Made by a program: the position numbers and the translations under genes. Source: Octopus vulgaris (taxonomy: Eukaryota). Taken from it: DNA of 64,000 bases. Where the stretch lies: the NCBI GenBank assembly GCA_951406725.2, contig OX597816.1:179552001-179616000 (forward strand), read 5' to 3'. Shown here piece by piece: positions 38,669 through 52,879 of the stretch. Position 1 is the first letter of the stretch, and every line of letters starts with the position of its first letter. The notes beneath the pieces were generated by a model, which had not been told where the DNA came from, searched no databases, and worked only from the letters and a program-made list of their open reading frames with translations.

Positions 38669-40809
38669 GTATGTGTAAATTGAGCCTTTAAACAACTTAT
38701 GTATCTAAGGCAATGATGTTATGCAAGCATACACACACACACATTCTAGACCATTTCCAAGAACATGCTAATCACCTGATTAACAATCGTTCATATATTA
38801 AACTACTCCAAACTGCTTTTGTTTTCACTTGACAAACTACAACTAATCAGATACACATGCAGTTTCTTCTACTTACATACTATTTCTTCACACCAGCTGC
38901 TGGCTCACACACACCGTTTCTTCTTTGTCTCTTTTACTGATTTTCCAACTTCTGCTGCTGTTCCTCTGAACTATTTAGGTGTGTGCATCTTTCAGTCGAT
39001 GCCATTCCATTTCTTACTAACATTATCACTGTATCTGTTCAAATTTTGTCATGGTCAACTTTGCCTTTCATCTTTTGGGGTTGATTAAATAATTACCAGT
39101 TGAGTAATGGAGTTGATGTAATTAACTCACTTTCTCCAAATTTTAGACCTTGTGCCTATAGTAGTGATTATTACCATTATATCTGACCTATCAGAACCCT
39201 GATTAAGCACTTTTTCAAGTCTTCCTTCCTGGAATTGCGACCTAGGCATGAGCAACCTATTTTGAAAAGTGAGCCACATGAAACTTTGCTTAACTTTAGA
39301 TGAGCTGCACTACTACTAGAATTCAAGTTAATTTTTTTGTTAGATGTTGCCATCCAGTAAGTCCCATAGGTCTTGGGTTACCCATCACTGCTGGTACTTC
39401 CCTTCTTGCCAGCATCTTTTCTGTTAAGATTAACCCATAACTATTGAAGCCACATAAATTTTCACTAGTCTCAGTGTCTTTATGGGCACGAATGCTCCAT
39501 TCCCTACTAATCTCCCACTCATGTTTTTCTTGTATACATTCCAAAACATAAATTCATGTGGAATATTGACCTCATCAATTTGGGAAGGCTAACAAAGGTC
39601 AGTGGGGCTGACCTTTTGGCTAAAAATATTTAAAAGCAAAAAAAAAAACTGACAAAATTCAGTATTGTGATTTGATTCTGTATTAGAAATCAGCCTTTGG
39701 CTATAATATATTTTCTAATTGCTGTTATGAAGTTGACATAGTAACGTATTGTATTAAAACTAACATTTTCTTCATACAAAAAAGAAAAAAATGTCTATCT
39801 CCTTTTTTCTAAAAATAGCTTGTCTGTTGGGATTGTATCGCTGTCTTCAAGATTAAACACTCCTCAAGTTGGTCTCTCTCAAAGTAATCAAATAAAACTA
39901 GCAAAATAAACTACACACATTCACACAGTATTTTTATTGAAACCATGTCTCATGATGTTTGTTTCAGGCTACTGCAATCATATAATTTAAAATAGTATAT
40001 TAAACATTTTGACTGTCAGCTTTCGCTCATTTACATAGCCCTGTCCAGTATAGGTTGTTACAAACTCTCTCTCTCTCTCTCTCCCTCTCTCTCGTGTGTT
40101 TGCTGATTTGGTTTCCTGTCTGTAGATAGGAGTGTGGTGAAAGATAAAGCTGGCATGGGAAGGGGTCAAAGAAATAAAGGGCCAGATATTTAGTAGATAT
40201 TTTATAAGTTTACTTTAATACCAAAAACTACACTAATTCCCTACAAATTAGGTGCAAGGCCACAACTTTCTTGGGTGAGGTTATAAATTGATCCACTGTA
40301 CTTATTTGAACTCTAAATGTAATGACTGTTTTAGTCTGTTCTGCTGCCCAATGCATCGTTTTGTAACTCTTCAAGATACTCTAAGGGAGGTAATTGCATC
40401 AGTTCTCAATTATATTTTTATTTTTTCCGGATACATAAATATTCAAAGAAAAAGAAAAATCTTCTGGAAAAAATAAAATTAACCTAGATGTCTAAAATAT
40501 AAACTTTAATATTTCTCGTATTACTGGAAAAAAAATACTCTGGGATTAAGAATTAGATAATCTAGAAAAAATGTTGTTTACTAAATTTATGAAATTTTCA
40601 TCTGAAAAATATTAATAATACTGTCTGTTTTATTACTCAGTTGTGCTAGTTAGTATAAAATTAATGGTAGAAATACGAATAGTTATAACTGCATCCAATG
40701 TTAAAATTGTAATTGAGATACTTCTATTTAATATTCTTAATGACTTTATTATTGTTCTATTTTTGATGAAACTAATTCTGACTTGAGATCTTTTCTATCT
40801 TACATCCAG

Positions 40810-41003
40810 GCTGTGTCAGCTACGACGGTAAAGTGTTAACTGTGGGCGGTGAAGATGACAAGAGTTGGATGGCAGGCCTTTGCTGGTTACAAGAGGACAG
40901 TAATGGTCAAGAAGTATGGATGGAAGGTCAAGAGTTACCAACAGTTATGAGTACCTTTGGCTGTGTTGTTGCAAACCTTATAAATCAGCTTAATTTCACT
41001 TAA
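40810..41003 (+). CDS. Kelch-like protein, last coding exon (stop TAA at 41001-41003)
   Basis: ACATCCAG| acceptor, phase 1. Encodes (G)CVSYDGKVLTVGGEDDKSW...VWMEGQELPTVMSTFGCVVANLINQLNFT*. Exon lengths 1039+190+198+101+138+194 sum to 1860 nt. Confidence 0.92.
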
Positions 41004-44000
41004 ATGCAAAGAATCAAAGAAGCCTCTTATCACTCCTCATTAACAGATTAAATCATCAAATCATCGTTATTTTGTACTTTCTGTATTCATAAAACATGGT
41101 TGTTGGTATTTGGTGTTTGTTTCTTAGTTTATTTGTAAACAATCTTTCATGAAGAACAAAACACTTTGATGCCATATTTTTTATTCTCCATGAACTAAGC
41201 AATTGTCTTAGTGTTTTTAAGCTGCCAAGTGATCTGAGTAAATACCTAAATAAATTTCTTCAAACTTTGAGTCAGTAGGTTTCATACGATTTGACTGGTT
41301 TTGTTGCAACAGAGCGCTTTATGGAATGTGTATTTATTTATACATACGTGTGTATGCATGGATGTATTTGCTGCTGTTTGGACTGAAGAAGTTGAGAGTT
41401 TAAGGAGGACATGTTGTTTAGTGTTGATACTGAAAACACTTGTAAAAAAAAATAAATGCAACATTTTTTTTTTCTTACTGAATGAGTTAAAGGATGTGAA
41501 GGTGCATCACATTGTGCACAGGGTTCAGTTTATGACAGAATTTAGTTTCATTGCTTTTGATGTTCCTTTGGCCAACATTGCATTATTTCTCACTGGAGCT
41601 GATAAAATTGGCTCCTGCAATGTGCTGGGGTTTCTCTTCATTAACCATTCCTATGTATAGTTGACCCTGTACTTAAGTAACAACTCACTGTTTAATATGC
41701 ACATAACCAGAAACAGCCAAATTGTATGAGTGTGAGAGTAAAGTAGCCTTACTTTATACTGAAATTTATGGGGTGAATATTGCATTCCTGTACACTGAGT
41801 CAGTATAGAAGCCCCAATCACTTTATTTCTCAATACAGTGTAAGGTTGTAAGGTTTTAGCATTTTTGTAGATTTTGCTGATATTTTGTTGTTTTAAAAAT
41901 AGTGTGTGAATGGTGCAACTGTTTTTAATGTTTTAGGCTTAGTTAACTAAATTTTATTTCAATTGAAGAACTTTAATTGATGATATTTTTTATTCAGTCA
42001 AATCATTGTGCATATTAATAAATTGATAACTTTGTTATAGACTGAAGAATGTCCTCTGTAGGGGTATTCTTTTTTTATTGTTTTTCTATGCTATTATTTC
42101 TTCAAATTTGGACTTTTCTTAAGATCGTCACTGCTAGCGGGACCGGTTTTAAACCAGTTAACCAAATTTGTTCAAACTGGGCTCTGCACCAAAAGAGGGC
42201 CCAGTGCACATGCTCAAGTGGAGGTCACTATGATGAATTTGTAGTATACCATTGTGGTTAATGATGGAGCCTCAAGCTCCCAATGCATTTTGACTGGGAA
42301 TGGCAGACTACAGGAAGCATAAAACACCAATCTTCAGCTCTTGTACAGTGCCCCACTGACAGGTCTCTAATTGAGCCATGCACTTCCTAGTGCTGACCCC
42401 TGTTGCTAGAGTATATGCTTTGTATATTAGGTGCTAATTCTGTATCTAAATACTTAAGTGAAGTTGTAGAACCTGCTATTGACTAGGCTTTCTGAGGCAA
42501 TTAGCATTAACTACTTTATACTGAGGTATAAATCAATATGGCAATAAGTTTCTATGTAGTCTCTTAAAGCTGCTCCAACTAATTAATAAATTTCAATCAG
42601 TATAAAGCTCTCCATATATTTGACAATTCAGTTCATTTTAGCCCCTGTCATCCCTTTAAAAAAATTTTTTTTTTTTAGATGGTTTCACTTCATTTATTTC
42701 AGTTAACATTGAAAACAGTTATGACTTAACTGCCTCTCTTTCTGTCTAAAGTGTCTCTGATTCGATTGAAAGATTTGAATGGAAATCATTATCAATAATT
42801 ATAAACATGTTTTTCTCACTTTTCTCTTTTGTAAGGTTCACCTATCATCCTTGAAGGGTTGATAAAATATAACATCTGCCAAAAACTGGGGTTGATTTGA
42901 CTAACATTATTTCTTGCTCACTAGAAAAAAAAAAAAACTCTGGCTTTTTGTCTGCTAAAAACAATTTCTTCCTCTGTTACCCATAAGGATAGGTTCTGTG
43001 AAGTTACAACCACTGATCTGCTTTTTTTTTTTTATATATGGTTTTCACCTGTAACCTCAGGATTCTTAACCATTACATTTCATATTTATGTTTGAAGTGT
43101 ATCTAGATAAGCTCTTGGTTAAAGTAACTTTTCATGGATTATATCGGGAACTAATCATAGATTTCTTGGGACTGTTCATCTATCCATATAAACAATGGCC
43201 ATATCATCACTCATAAGTTTGTGGGCTCATTGTAACTGAATAGCTGACAAGTTCAATATGGGTACAAAGCATTATTGGACAGGTGTGGTTTGAACTCCTG
43301 TGCTAATGCACAGATGGCTCTGGACTTCCATGGGTTTCTCTTCTTTTCAGCTTATCTGATCTTGGTTTTCTCCAATGTGCTGACATGTTTCCCAAGCTTA
43401 CTTTGTCATCTTAAGAATCAAAGAATCTGAAACTAGGCTTTCAGATCTGAACTGAGCTTTAACAAATATCTCTCCATGTTACACTGTCCTCATATTTGGC
43501 ATTGGATAAGATCATTGACATTGTTAATTGCTGTAGCATTGTTGTTCTGTGCTCACTGTATGTCTTTTATTGTTATGAGCACTGTTTGATTGAACATGCA
43601 CCTCTTCTACCTAAACTTATCTATTACACCCACCTATTTGCTTCTTGTCTGTCACCTGTAATAAGTTTCTTTCTCTAAGCATCATGCCACATTGCACCTC
43701 ATTTCCAAAACTGACCACTGCTGTGAAATTCTCTCAACATATTCCTTCAATACACTTATATAAGTTCCATATTATCTGCACCAACCTCAGAATGGATTCA
43801 TATGGGAATTATCTTCACTCATATGTAAAAGGAGAAAAAAATGTTATTTATTAAAACCTAACCTTTCTATCAATCAATATATACTGACCATGTAGGAATA
43901 CAGTTTTTAAAAAAAATTTTTATCTAGAATTACTTTTGGGGTTAATGGCAAGTTGACAACCAGCAAGTTCTAAGATATCTTTTGTTTTAATTCAGCACCA

Positions 44001-46432
44001 TTTGTATATAGCCTCTACCTCTTCCTTCAGCTGTTTTTCTATTGAATTTATACTAAAGATATGTTACATCTAATATCTGTTTTTGACTGGCTGCCACCTT
44101 CACATTGTTGCAGTGCAAATTATTGATCTTGTTCAATGTTCTCGCCTCACCTAATTCTCACCTGTTCCAACCAAGTCACCCAAGTTGCTACTTGAAGTTT
44201 AGAAAAATGTCAAGATTTTGTTGTCATTTCTAATCATTTTATCAGTTGTGATATTTTATCTATTGAAATAAATGACATGGTATTAAAATTGAAGGGATTT
44301 TTTTTTTCCACTTAAGATCTTTCTCATGAGCTTTAATAAGATGTTTTTTTGTGACTTATGCCAGCTGTTGAGATGTTTCTTGTGATCTACATCTAATCTG
44401 TTATTTTTCCATGTGATCTGTTGAGCATTATCATTCAGTATAGTTACTTGTAATTTGTTCAGTTTAATACAATTTCAGTTGCTGCTATTCTGCACAAATG
44501 TCCGTTTTTCTCTATCCCACATTCTTTATAAATAGAGCAGTCACCCCCACCCCGTATCATCATTTTATATTTGTTTCTCCATGCTGGCATGAAATAGGCA
44601 GATCTCACAATGTTACACCATCCATTGCAGTCCTCCATCATCAGGCATATACAACAGCTAGTTTTCTATGTTGTTTTTGGCATTTGTTTTATGTCTGGTG
44701 CCCTTATCACCAACCATTTGACAACTTAGACTGGGGTGGATTTTATCATGCTCCCTGTATTAGAGATCATCCTCAATAAGACCAAAGAGTTCCCTTTTTC
44801 CCCTTCTGTTGTCTTTGTTCATTTTTTGAAACAGCACAGCTTTTTAAGGTTTAGAGGTTTATTCAAAATTTTCAAAAAGCAGTTTTCATAAGTGAAAATT
44901 TGAGACTAGTTTAAACTCACCTGGTTTTATCATTTACCTTTTATGTACCATTGTTGATAACATGAATCTTAAAGAATGTTTATTTTTTTCTGTTAATATT
45001 TCCCAAATTTGATTTTGTTAAAATTTTAATGTTGGTAGTGTTACGATGATAAGCTTGCCCATCCCTCATCCTTTACCCGGTGAATGTTTGCAATACATGC
45101 TGTTATGCTTCATGGAGATGAGATAGAATTATCAAGCTTTCATGGAAGTTGAGGAAATGTAGTGATCTTGATGTTGTGTGTGATACGAACACTACCAACT
45201 GAATTGTTAGGATAACAGGTTGAAATTTTGTTTTTCTTTCATTAGTGCATCGTTGTGCTGCTACATAAAGGCACCTAATACTTATTGGTCCAATCCATTG
45301 AGCTGTGAATAGGTATTATGAAGAGGGACAATTTGGTCTTGTGAGCAACAGATGATACTATTACCTCATTCATGATATAAAATCCTTCCACGAGCCACTC
45401 AAAAGTTAATGGATAATCTCAGTGGCATTATTATCCAAGCTATGCAAAAGCATGAGACCTTGTTATGTATATGGTTATTATGTTCAGTATGATAACTGGT
45501 AGTGTGTTCTAGATAAACTTTATCAATGTAATGTATAGAGATGAACTACGGTTAGTTGGTTCGAAGAGAATTTTTGATAGCTGTAACCATGGTGGCCCTA
45601 TTGGAATGAAAATAAAGTATAGTTGAATACTTTTGCTGTAGATGGTTTTTTACATCACGGCTAATTTCTCCATCCTCTTTATTATGGTGAATTTTAAGTT
45701 GTTTGTACTTAGATTTTTTTTTAGCCTATCTTAGCCCAATTTAGTATTTGTTGGTTGATAGTAGAAACCAGTTAAGTGTTTGTAGTTTGAGTAGAATTAC
45801 ACTTGCTTTTCTAGTTTAACTGTAGTTTTGTTCAATAAAGATGAGATTTATTGGAAGTTTTACATACACCCTTCCCTTTAATATCTGATATATTTGGTTT
45901 AAAGTTGTAGTGTTACTGAATTTTGCTTTAGATTTACATCATTTCTTCAATGTCTAGTTAGATATTTTAAAAAAATTGATATTTAATACAACGATACTTA
46001 TTTTCCCTTCTTTCACTTTCAATATTAGTTGATTCTTACTTCACTGAAAAATAATGGCTATGTTTTTCAAACCAGAAAGTCTTCATTTTCATATTTTATG
46101 TCATTTTGAGCTGGTTCTGGGCATCTGCTTTCATCTTTCGTTCATCCCTCCATTGACCTTGATGATTTCCTTTAGGTTACACTTGCCAGTCTTGTCCTGC
46201 CTTCTCTCTATTAAATGGACCAATATTAAGTCTTACACAAAGAAGACACTTTATTTTTCACTTATTTGTATATTTGAACCAGTTTTGTCATGTATCTACA
46301 AGATTGTGTCAACAATTTTGCTTATTTACTTTTGTATCTCGTGTATATAATTATATATTTGTAAACATATTAAATTAACATATTTTATATCATCTGTGCT
46401 GGAATTTGATTTTTTTTTCTTTTGTAAATTTT

Positions 46433-46438
46433 AATAAA
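46433..46438 (+). promoter_or_regulatory. Candidate distal polyadenylation signal (AATAAA; ATTAAA also at 46369)
   Basis: Lies at the end of a repeat-poor, U-rich stretch and is followed by T-rich sequence. Other AATAAA hexamers occur upstream. Confidence 0.3.
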
Positions 46439-49400
46439 AGATGAGTAAGCATGATTTTAGTTTTTTTTTTTTTATTTATTTAAAGATGAATTTTCAAAAA
46501 TTACTTTGTTTACAAATTAGATATCTTGGAAAGCAGTTTAATTTATTAAAAGGCAAACTCGCAAGCTTTACAAGTCTAGAATTTCTTTTAGTACATTTAT
46601 TTTAATGAATAAAAAATAAATTTTATTTAGAAAATACTACCAGTGTCTTATTTTGTCATCTACCCCAATTGTATAACTGTAATTGCTTGTCAGATGACTT
46701 GTGTATTTTTTTTTTTTTTTAATGTACGTGTATGTTTGGTTGAAGCATGAGGGGACAGTATCCCTGATGTTTTGCAGTATCTTTCAGATGGTGAGAAAAC
46801 TTGTAGCTTAACCCTTTAGCATTTAAACTTGCTATATCTGGCTGAAATACCCTACTTGTTTTATGTTCAAACTGGTTACCTTACAATTTCATTCTAAAAA
46901 TTAAATCACATCATTGAAGTCTCATAGCAACGAGATAATGATTAATTGAAAACAATGTGAATAAAGAAGTATTACATTTGACAATCTGAATGCTGGTGGG
47001 TTAGGAATTCTAGAGGTTTGCATCCCTGGAAGAAGACAGTGAAATGTTTGATTTGGCTAATGGGGGAAAAAGTACACTACCAACCACTACAGAAGACCAG
47101 ATGTTATAGAAGAGGCATCCTTCTTAATCTACCAAATAGCATTTAAAAAAAAAAATTTTGATTAAAAATTTTTTTTATCTCATCTAGAATGTTAGTGTAT
47201 GTTGCAGTAACAACAGTATTCCATACATGCAAGGATTAGATCAAAGTAGGTTTCTGCTGAAGCTGGTAAAGTAGGTGTTTGCACAAGTATATCTGTGGTT
47301 AAGAAATTTGCTTTGCAATGCTGTAGTTTCAAGTTCAGTCCCACAGTATGATATCATGGGCAAGTGTCTTTGATCATCCACACACCACTTATTACTGGTT
47401 AAGTTGTATATTTTAAACTAAATTCATAGAACTAGAAATACTGTTAATATTGGTTTCAAATTTTGGGTTGGTGGTTGTAAGTTGATTACTTTGGCCCCAG
47501 TGCTCAACTGGTACTTAATGTCTTGTGAATATTTGGTTGATGGAAATTGTATGGAAGCCCATATACACATATGTGTCTGTGCTTATCTCCATTGCTTGAT
47601 AACTGGTGTGGGTTTGTTTGCATCCCTGCAACTTAGCAATTGGGTAAAAGAGACTGATAGTATAAATATCTGACTTGCATATCAAGGCTCTTTTTTTTAT
47701 TTATTTTTTTTAAGCACTTTAAGGTGGTTCCCTGGTACGGTTGCTGTCCAATGATGGAAAACAGTCTAAAAGAAAAGAGAAAATATAGCTCATATCATCA
47801 GTATTACTTTGTCTCTGGCAACATACAAACATAATAGTACCTTAGTCCAATTATTTGTATATTTAAGTAGTGTTTGTATGTACAGCTTTCAGGTAAGCCT
47901 TATGAATGCTATTTAATTAAAGTGTTGGGTTCAAATCCACTCATGACATAATCTTTCTTCAAATATGGTTCTGAACACAGATTACCTATCATTAGGATGG
48001 TTAAAATTTATAATTTTTCTTATGTATAAATTATGCAACTATCTTGTTTAGCAAACAAAATTTGGTTATTTAAACAAAACTCTTGAGGGATAGTCCAGAA
48101 AGGAATACTGAAAGTAGAAAACCCTTGTTTAGCCTGAAGTTGGCACCTTTATTTCATAATTTCTGGTGGCAGTATTGCTAGAGCAGTTGCTATGTTCACT
48201 TTAGTGCTCTGAGTTGAAATCCTATTGGAGTTGGCCTTGTGTTTTATCCTTCAGCAGAAATTGATTTAATCATGTGTATCCTCCCCACCCCCCCATACTT
48301 GTGGTCTTGTATATATTCCTTAATTGATTTTTGTCATGAGATCGTGGCCATTGTGGTCCACTTTTAACAGTTTTCTGAGCTCATTATTTCAATCTGGTAC
48401 TAATTTTATCATTCCTTTTATTGAACAAACAAGTTATTACTTTTTTTTGCATAAAGACATAACTTGGCACCAGACGGACAAAAATACTTGGCCCCAACCA
48501 AATATTGATTTCAAATTTTGGTACAAGGCTAGCAACTTCAGGGGAGGGGGAATGAGTTGATTGCATTGACCCTAGTGTTCAACTGGTACTTATTTTATTG
48601 ACCCCCGAAAGGACGAATGGCAAAGTTGAACTCAGCAGAATTTGAATTCAGAATGTGAAGACAAACAAAATACTGCCAAGCATTTTTCTTGGCATGCTAC
48701 CAATTCGACCAACTCCATACCGAGCCCCAACCAAATATTAGCGATAATTGTTGACACTCTTCCACTCTTTAATAATGAGTTCTGATTTAGGCCTGAGGTC
48801 AGCAATTTTGAGGGTATAGGTTAGTGGATTACACTGACTCCAGCACTTGACTGGCATTTATTGATTTAGAAAAGACGAAAGGCTAAATTGATCTTTTTAA
48901 TATCCCTTTTCAATCTCGACAAGCATTGTCAAAGGCTTTCACACAGTTTCCATCAGCCACCTTTTTTCTTTATTTAAAAGCTTTTTCCCATTCCTTTCTG
49001 TCCTTGATTTTCCCTGTGTTGGAAAGCGTGTTATATTTCCTTTCCTGATAAATTTTATTTTTCCACGCACCACTTATTACTGGTTAAATTGTATATTTTA
49101 AACTAAATTCATAGAACTAGAAATACTGTTAATATTGGTTTCAAATTTTGGGTTGGTGGTTGTAAGTTGATTACTTTGGCCCCAGTGCTCAACTGGTACT
49201 GAATTTATCAACCACTCCAAAAGGATGAAAGGTAAAGCTGATCTTAGTGGAAGTTGAACTCAGAATGTAAAAACAAATGAAATGTCACTAAAAATTGTAT
49301 CTGGTGTAATAATGATTCTGTTTGTCACCTTTCAGCGGTGGTGTCCCAGCATGGCTGCGGCCTTCGGGCTAAAGCATTTTTAAGGATTTAAGGATTTAAA

Positions 49401-49819
49401 TACTGCTACTAGTGCCCCTTATATAAAGTGGCAAGCTGAGCAAAATGCTTTGTGGCTTTCTGCCTGTCTTTACATTCTGAGTTCAAATTCTGCTGAGGGC
49501 TTTCATTCTTCTGGGGGTTGATAAAATAAGTACCAGTTGAGTACTGGGGCTTATGTAATTGACTTAGCCCTCCACTAAAATTGCTGGCCTTGTGTCAAAA
49601 TTTGAAATCAATATTACTCTTTATAGTTCCCTTTGGTGTTGTGTAATAAAACTTTTATATACAAAGGATCAGATGTTAAGCTAAATGGGGCTGGAAGGGA
49701 ATTAAAATTTACAGGAGGGGGTAACTTGAGGTGAGAAATTGATTGGGAGACGTTTTTGGGGCGCTACAGTGGTAGCTTGGTGTGAAAATGGGGATTTTAT
49801 TGATTTTTGGGGACACTTG

Positions 49820-52460
49820 GATGTCTGTAATCGGTGCACATATTGTGCTGGGTCAAGAAAATCTTGTGATGAAACAGGTTCGATCATCTGCCCAGGTAAG
49901 GTGAGTGCTGTGCCATAGACGAGTTCAGCCGGAGTATATCCAACTTCCTCCTTAACCGTGGATCTAATACCGAGGGAGATGTTCCAGCCAGTGAGAACTG
50001 TCTGAAGATGCTTTTATAGATGCCTTGAGTTGGCGGTGAAAGCGTTCGACCATGCCATTTGCTTCAGGGTAGTAAGCCGTAGTGCGGGTGTGTTTACACC
50101 CGAGGAGATGAGTCAGCTCGGTGAAGAGGTGGGAATCGAACTGACGTCCTCTGTCGGTGGTGATTGTTGCGGGTGTGCCAAAACGCGAAACCCATTGTGA
50201 TATCAGCGTTTTGGCGACCGTTTCTGCCGATGTATCAGATAAGGGCCAGGCTTTGGCCCATCGCGAAAAACGATCTATGCAGGTGAGCAAATGTGTATAA
50301 TTCTGCGAAGGTGGCAGGGGTCCGACGATATCAATGTGAACGTGCTGAAATCGTGCGTCGGGTTGCGAAAATGAACCGATTGTGCCGGTGGATTTTCGCT
50401 TTTTGGCACGCGACACAGCACTTGGTCCATTCTCTGATATCCTTGTTGATACTGGTCCACACAAAACGGGTCGATATCAGCTTTTGAGTGGAGCGAATAA
50501 CAGGATGTGACAGAGAATGCAGAGCGGAGAAAACTTCTCGACGATGTTTCTGTGGTACATAAGGGCGTTGGTGACCAGTGGAGATATCACACCAAATATG
50601 GGCTGTGGACGATGGTAGCGGAACATGCTGAAATTTCAGAAATGACGAATTCCGGAGCTTTAGAAGTTCTTCGTCATTCTCCTGGTCAGCTGCTATACGT
50701 GCCAGATCAATTGTAGACGTGGTGTGGATAGCATTGATCTGCGTGCGTGAAAGTGCATCGGCTGCTAAGCTGGTCGTCCCTTTGATGTGGCGTATATCCG
50801 TCGTATACTGCGATATGAAGTCGAGGTGGCAGATTTCTCTCGGCGAGTGGCTTGTGGTCGGTGTATACCGCAAAATTGGTACCTTCTAGCATGTGACGGA
50901 AATGCTTAACGGCCAGGTATGCCGCCAATAATTACCGACTGAATGTGCTGTATTTGGTTTCCGCGGGTTTTAACCGCTTAGAAAAGAAGGACAACGGTTG
51001 CCATATGCCGTCAACAAGCTGCTGTAGTACACCTCCAACTCCGGAATCGGATGCATCAAGGAGTAATCATCGTGGGGCGTCTGGTTTTGGATAAACCAAC
51101 ATGGTAGCGTTGGATAACGCTTTTTTCTGGGCAGCGAAAGAAGCGAGTTGCTCTTCGGTCAGTGCAATATCCGTATTTTTGCAAGTTCACTGACGTAGCA
51201 AATCCGTGAGCGGTTGCGCTATCTCAGCGAGGTGGGGCACGAACCGTCGATAGAAATTCGCTAGACCGAGATATTCCCTTAATTTGCGGAGAGATGTGGG
51301 TGGTGGAAAATCCACGATGGCCTTGACTTTCTTGGGAAGGGGACGAATTCCATCGTTATCGACGATGTGCCCGAGAAAATGAAGGGAAGCAACTCCGAAC
51401 AAACACTTACTGGGGTTGATTACGACACCGTATTTGCGGAGGCGTTCGAATAGCAGGTGAAGGTGTTGGTTATGTTCTTCGTCCGAGTTACTGGCCACGA
51501 GTATGTCGTCTATGTAGGCATAGACGAAAGGCAAACCTCTAGTCACCATGTCGATAAACCTTTGGAATGTCTGTGCCGCGTTGCGTAAACTGAAAGGCAT
51601 ACGCAGGAATTCAAACATTCCGAAAGGTGTAGTAACTGTTGTCTTCGAGATGTCCGCAGGTTCCACTGGGATTTGGTTGTATGCTCGCACAAGATCGATT
51701 TTTGGAAAAGATGCGAGCTCCATACAGCGAGCTTGAAAAATCTTGAAGAAATGGGATCGGGTAGGCATCACTGATAGTACTTTTATTCAGCGATCGATAA
51801 TCGCCGCAAACCCGCCAATCGGTCGATGATTTTTTGGGATGCAGTGTATCGGCGAGGACCAGTTGCTGCTGGAAGGGCGGATGATTCCGAGGTCGAGCAT
51901 GTGCTGGAATTCCCGCTTGACGGCCTGGAAACGATCAGGTGGTAACCTTCTGGGTCTTGCAGCAACAGGTGGACCGCTGGTTTTGATGTGGTGGGTAACG
52001 TCATGCTTGATCGGCTGGTTGTGGAATACTGGTCGAGCGACGTCCAGATATTCCTTCAGGATAGAACTGTGACGAGTCGTTGTTGTAAGCAATATAGTTG
52101 GGCTGACTGTGGCCATACAAGCGGCTATACCGCGCACAGTAAGCTTGGTGGTGCTGTCGACAAGTCGTCTGTTCTTAATGTCCACCAGGAGACCGAAATG
52201 ATGCAGGAAATCGGTTCCTAAGATAGGGGTCGGCAGTTTAGCGACGACGAATGCCCACTGAAAGGTGCGGCGTAGTCCTAAGTTCAGTGTTAGGGACTGT
52301 TCACCGTAGGTTGGGATGGGTGAATGGTTGACTGCCTGAAGACAGACTGGTGTCTCTTTTCTTTTTCCAGAAATGTTGGAGACAGGGATGATGCTGACTT
52401 CCGTACTGATGTCAACCAGGAAACGCGTGCCTGTTACCCGATCGCAAAAGAAACAGGTAA
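49820..52460 (-). mobile_element. Ty3/Gypsy pol fragment (protease-RT-RNase H-integrase), frameshifted; CsRN1-like
   Basis: FLVDISTEVSIIP (protease site degraded); [26 protein letters not shown] and YIDD (RT); LDASDSGVGGVLQQ and YTDHKPL (RNase H); [19 protein letters not shown] and [12 protein letters not shown] (integrase). Confidence 0.93.
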
Positions 52461-52879
52461 AGAAATTACACATAGTGGTTGTAGCAATTTTAAGCAAACA
52501 ACTTGGCTTGTTAGTTTGGAAACAGGCATCAATGTATCTGTGGCTTTCAATTGGCTAAAATTACCCAAAATTTTCAAACTTTTACCCAAAATTACCCAAA
52601 CTACTTCAAATAGCTTTTAAGCTATTAACAATTAGAACAAAACTTTAAAAATTGAAAACTGTGACATCACCAGAAAAGATCAATTTCAATTCATTTTCCT
52701 TTTTTTCACCAAACGAAACCACACAGCAAATTACTTAAAAAAGGTTTGGTTCAAGGTGTAAGAATTAACACTTCCTTCTCCAAGCCTAGATTCGAAACCG
52801 AATCCAAGAATTCTCGGTCGTCCAAACCACGACGATTAGCAGGCGCGAAAAAAGGTTTTCTTTGTCCTGTCAAAAATTG

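Noticed and set aside
42225-42300. C/D box snoRNA (ATGATGA)
   Set aside because: No suitably placed D box or terminal stem, and it lies downstream of the stop codon rather than in an intron.
45411-45436. Iron-responsive element-like hairpin
   Set aside because: The loop is CAGUGG rather than CAGUGH, and the 5-bp upper stem with a C bulge is absent.
52770-52850. tRNA gene (GTTTCGAATC on -); also the SINE heads throughout the window
   Set aside because: No complete cloverleaf can be built; only B-box-like remnants are present.
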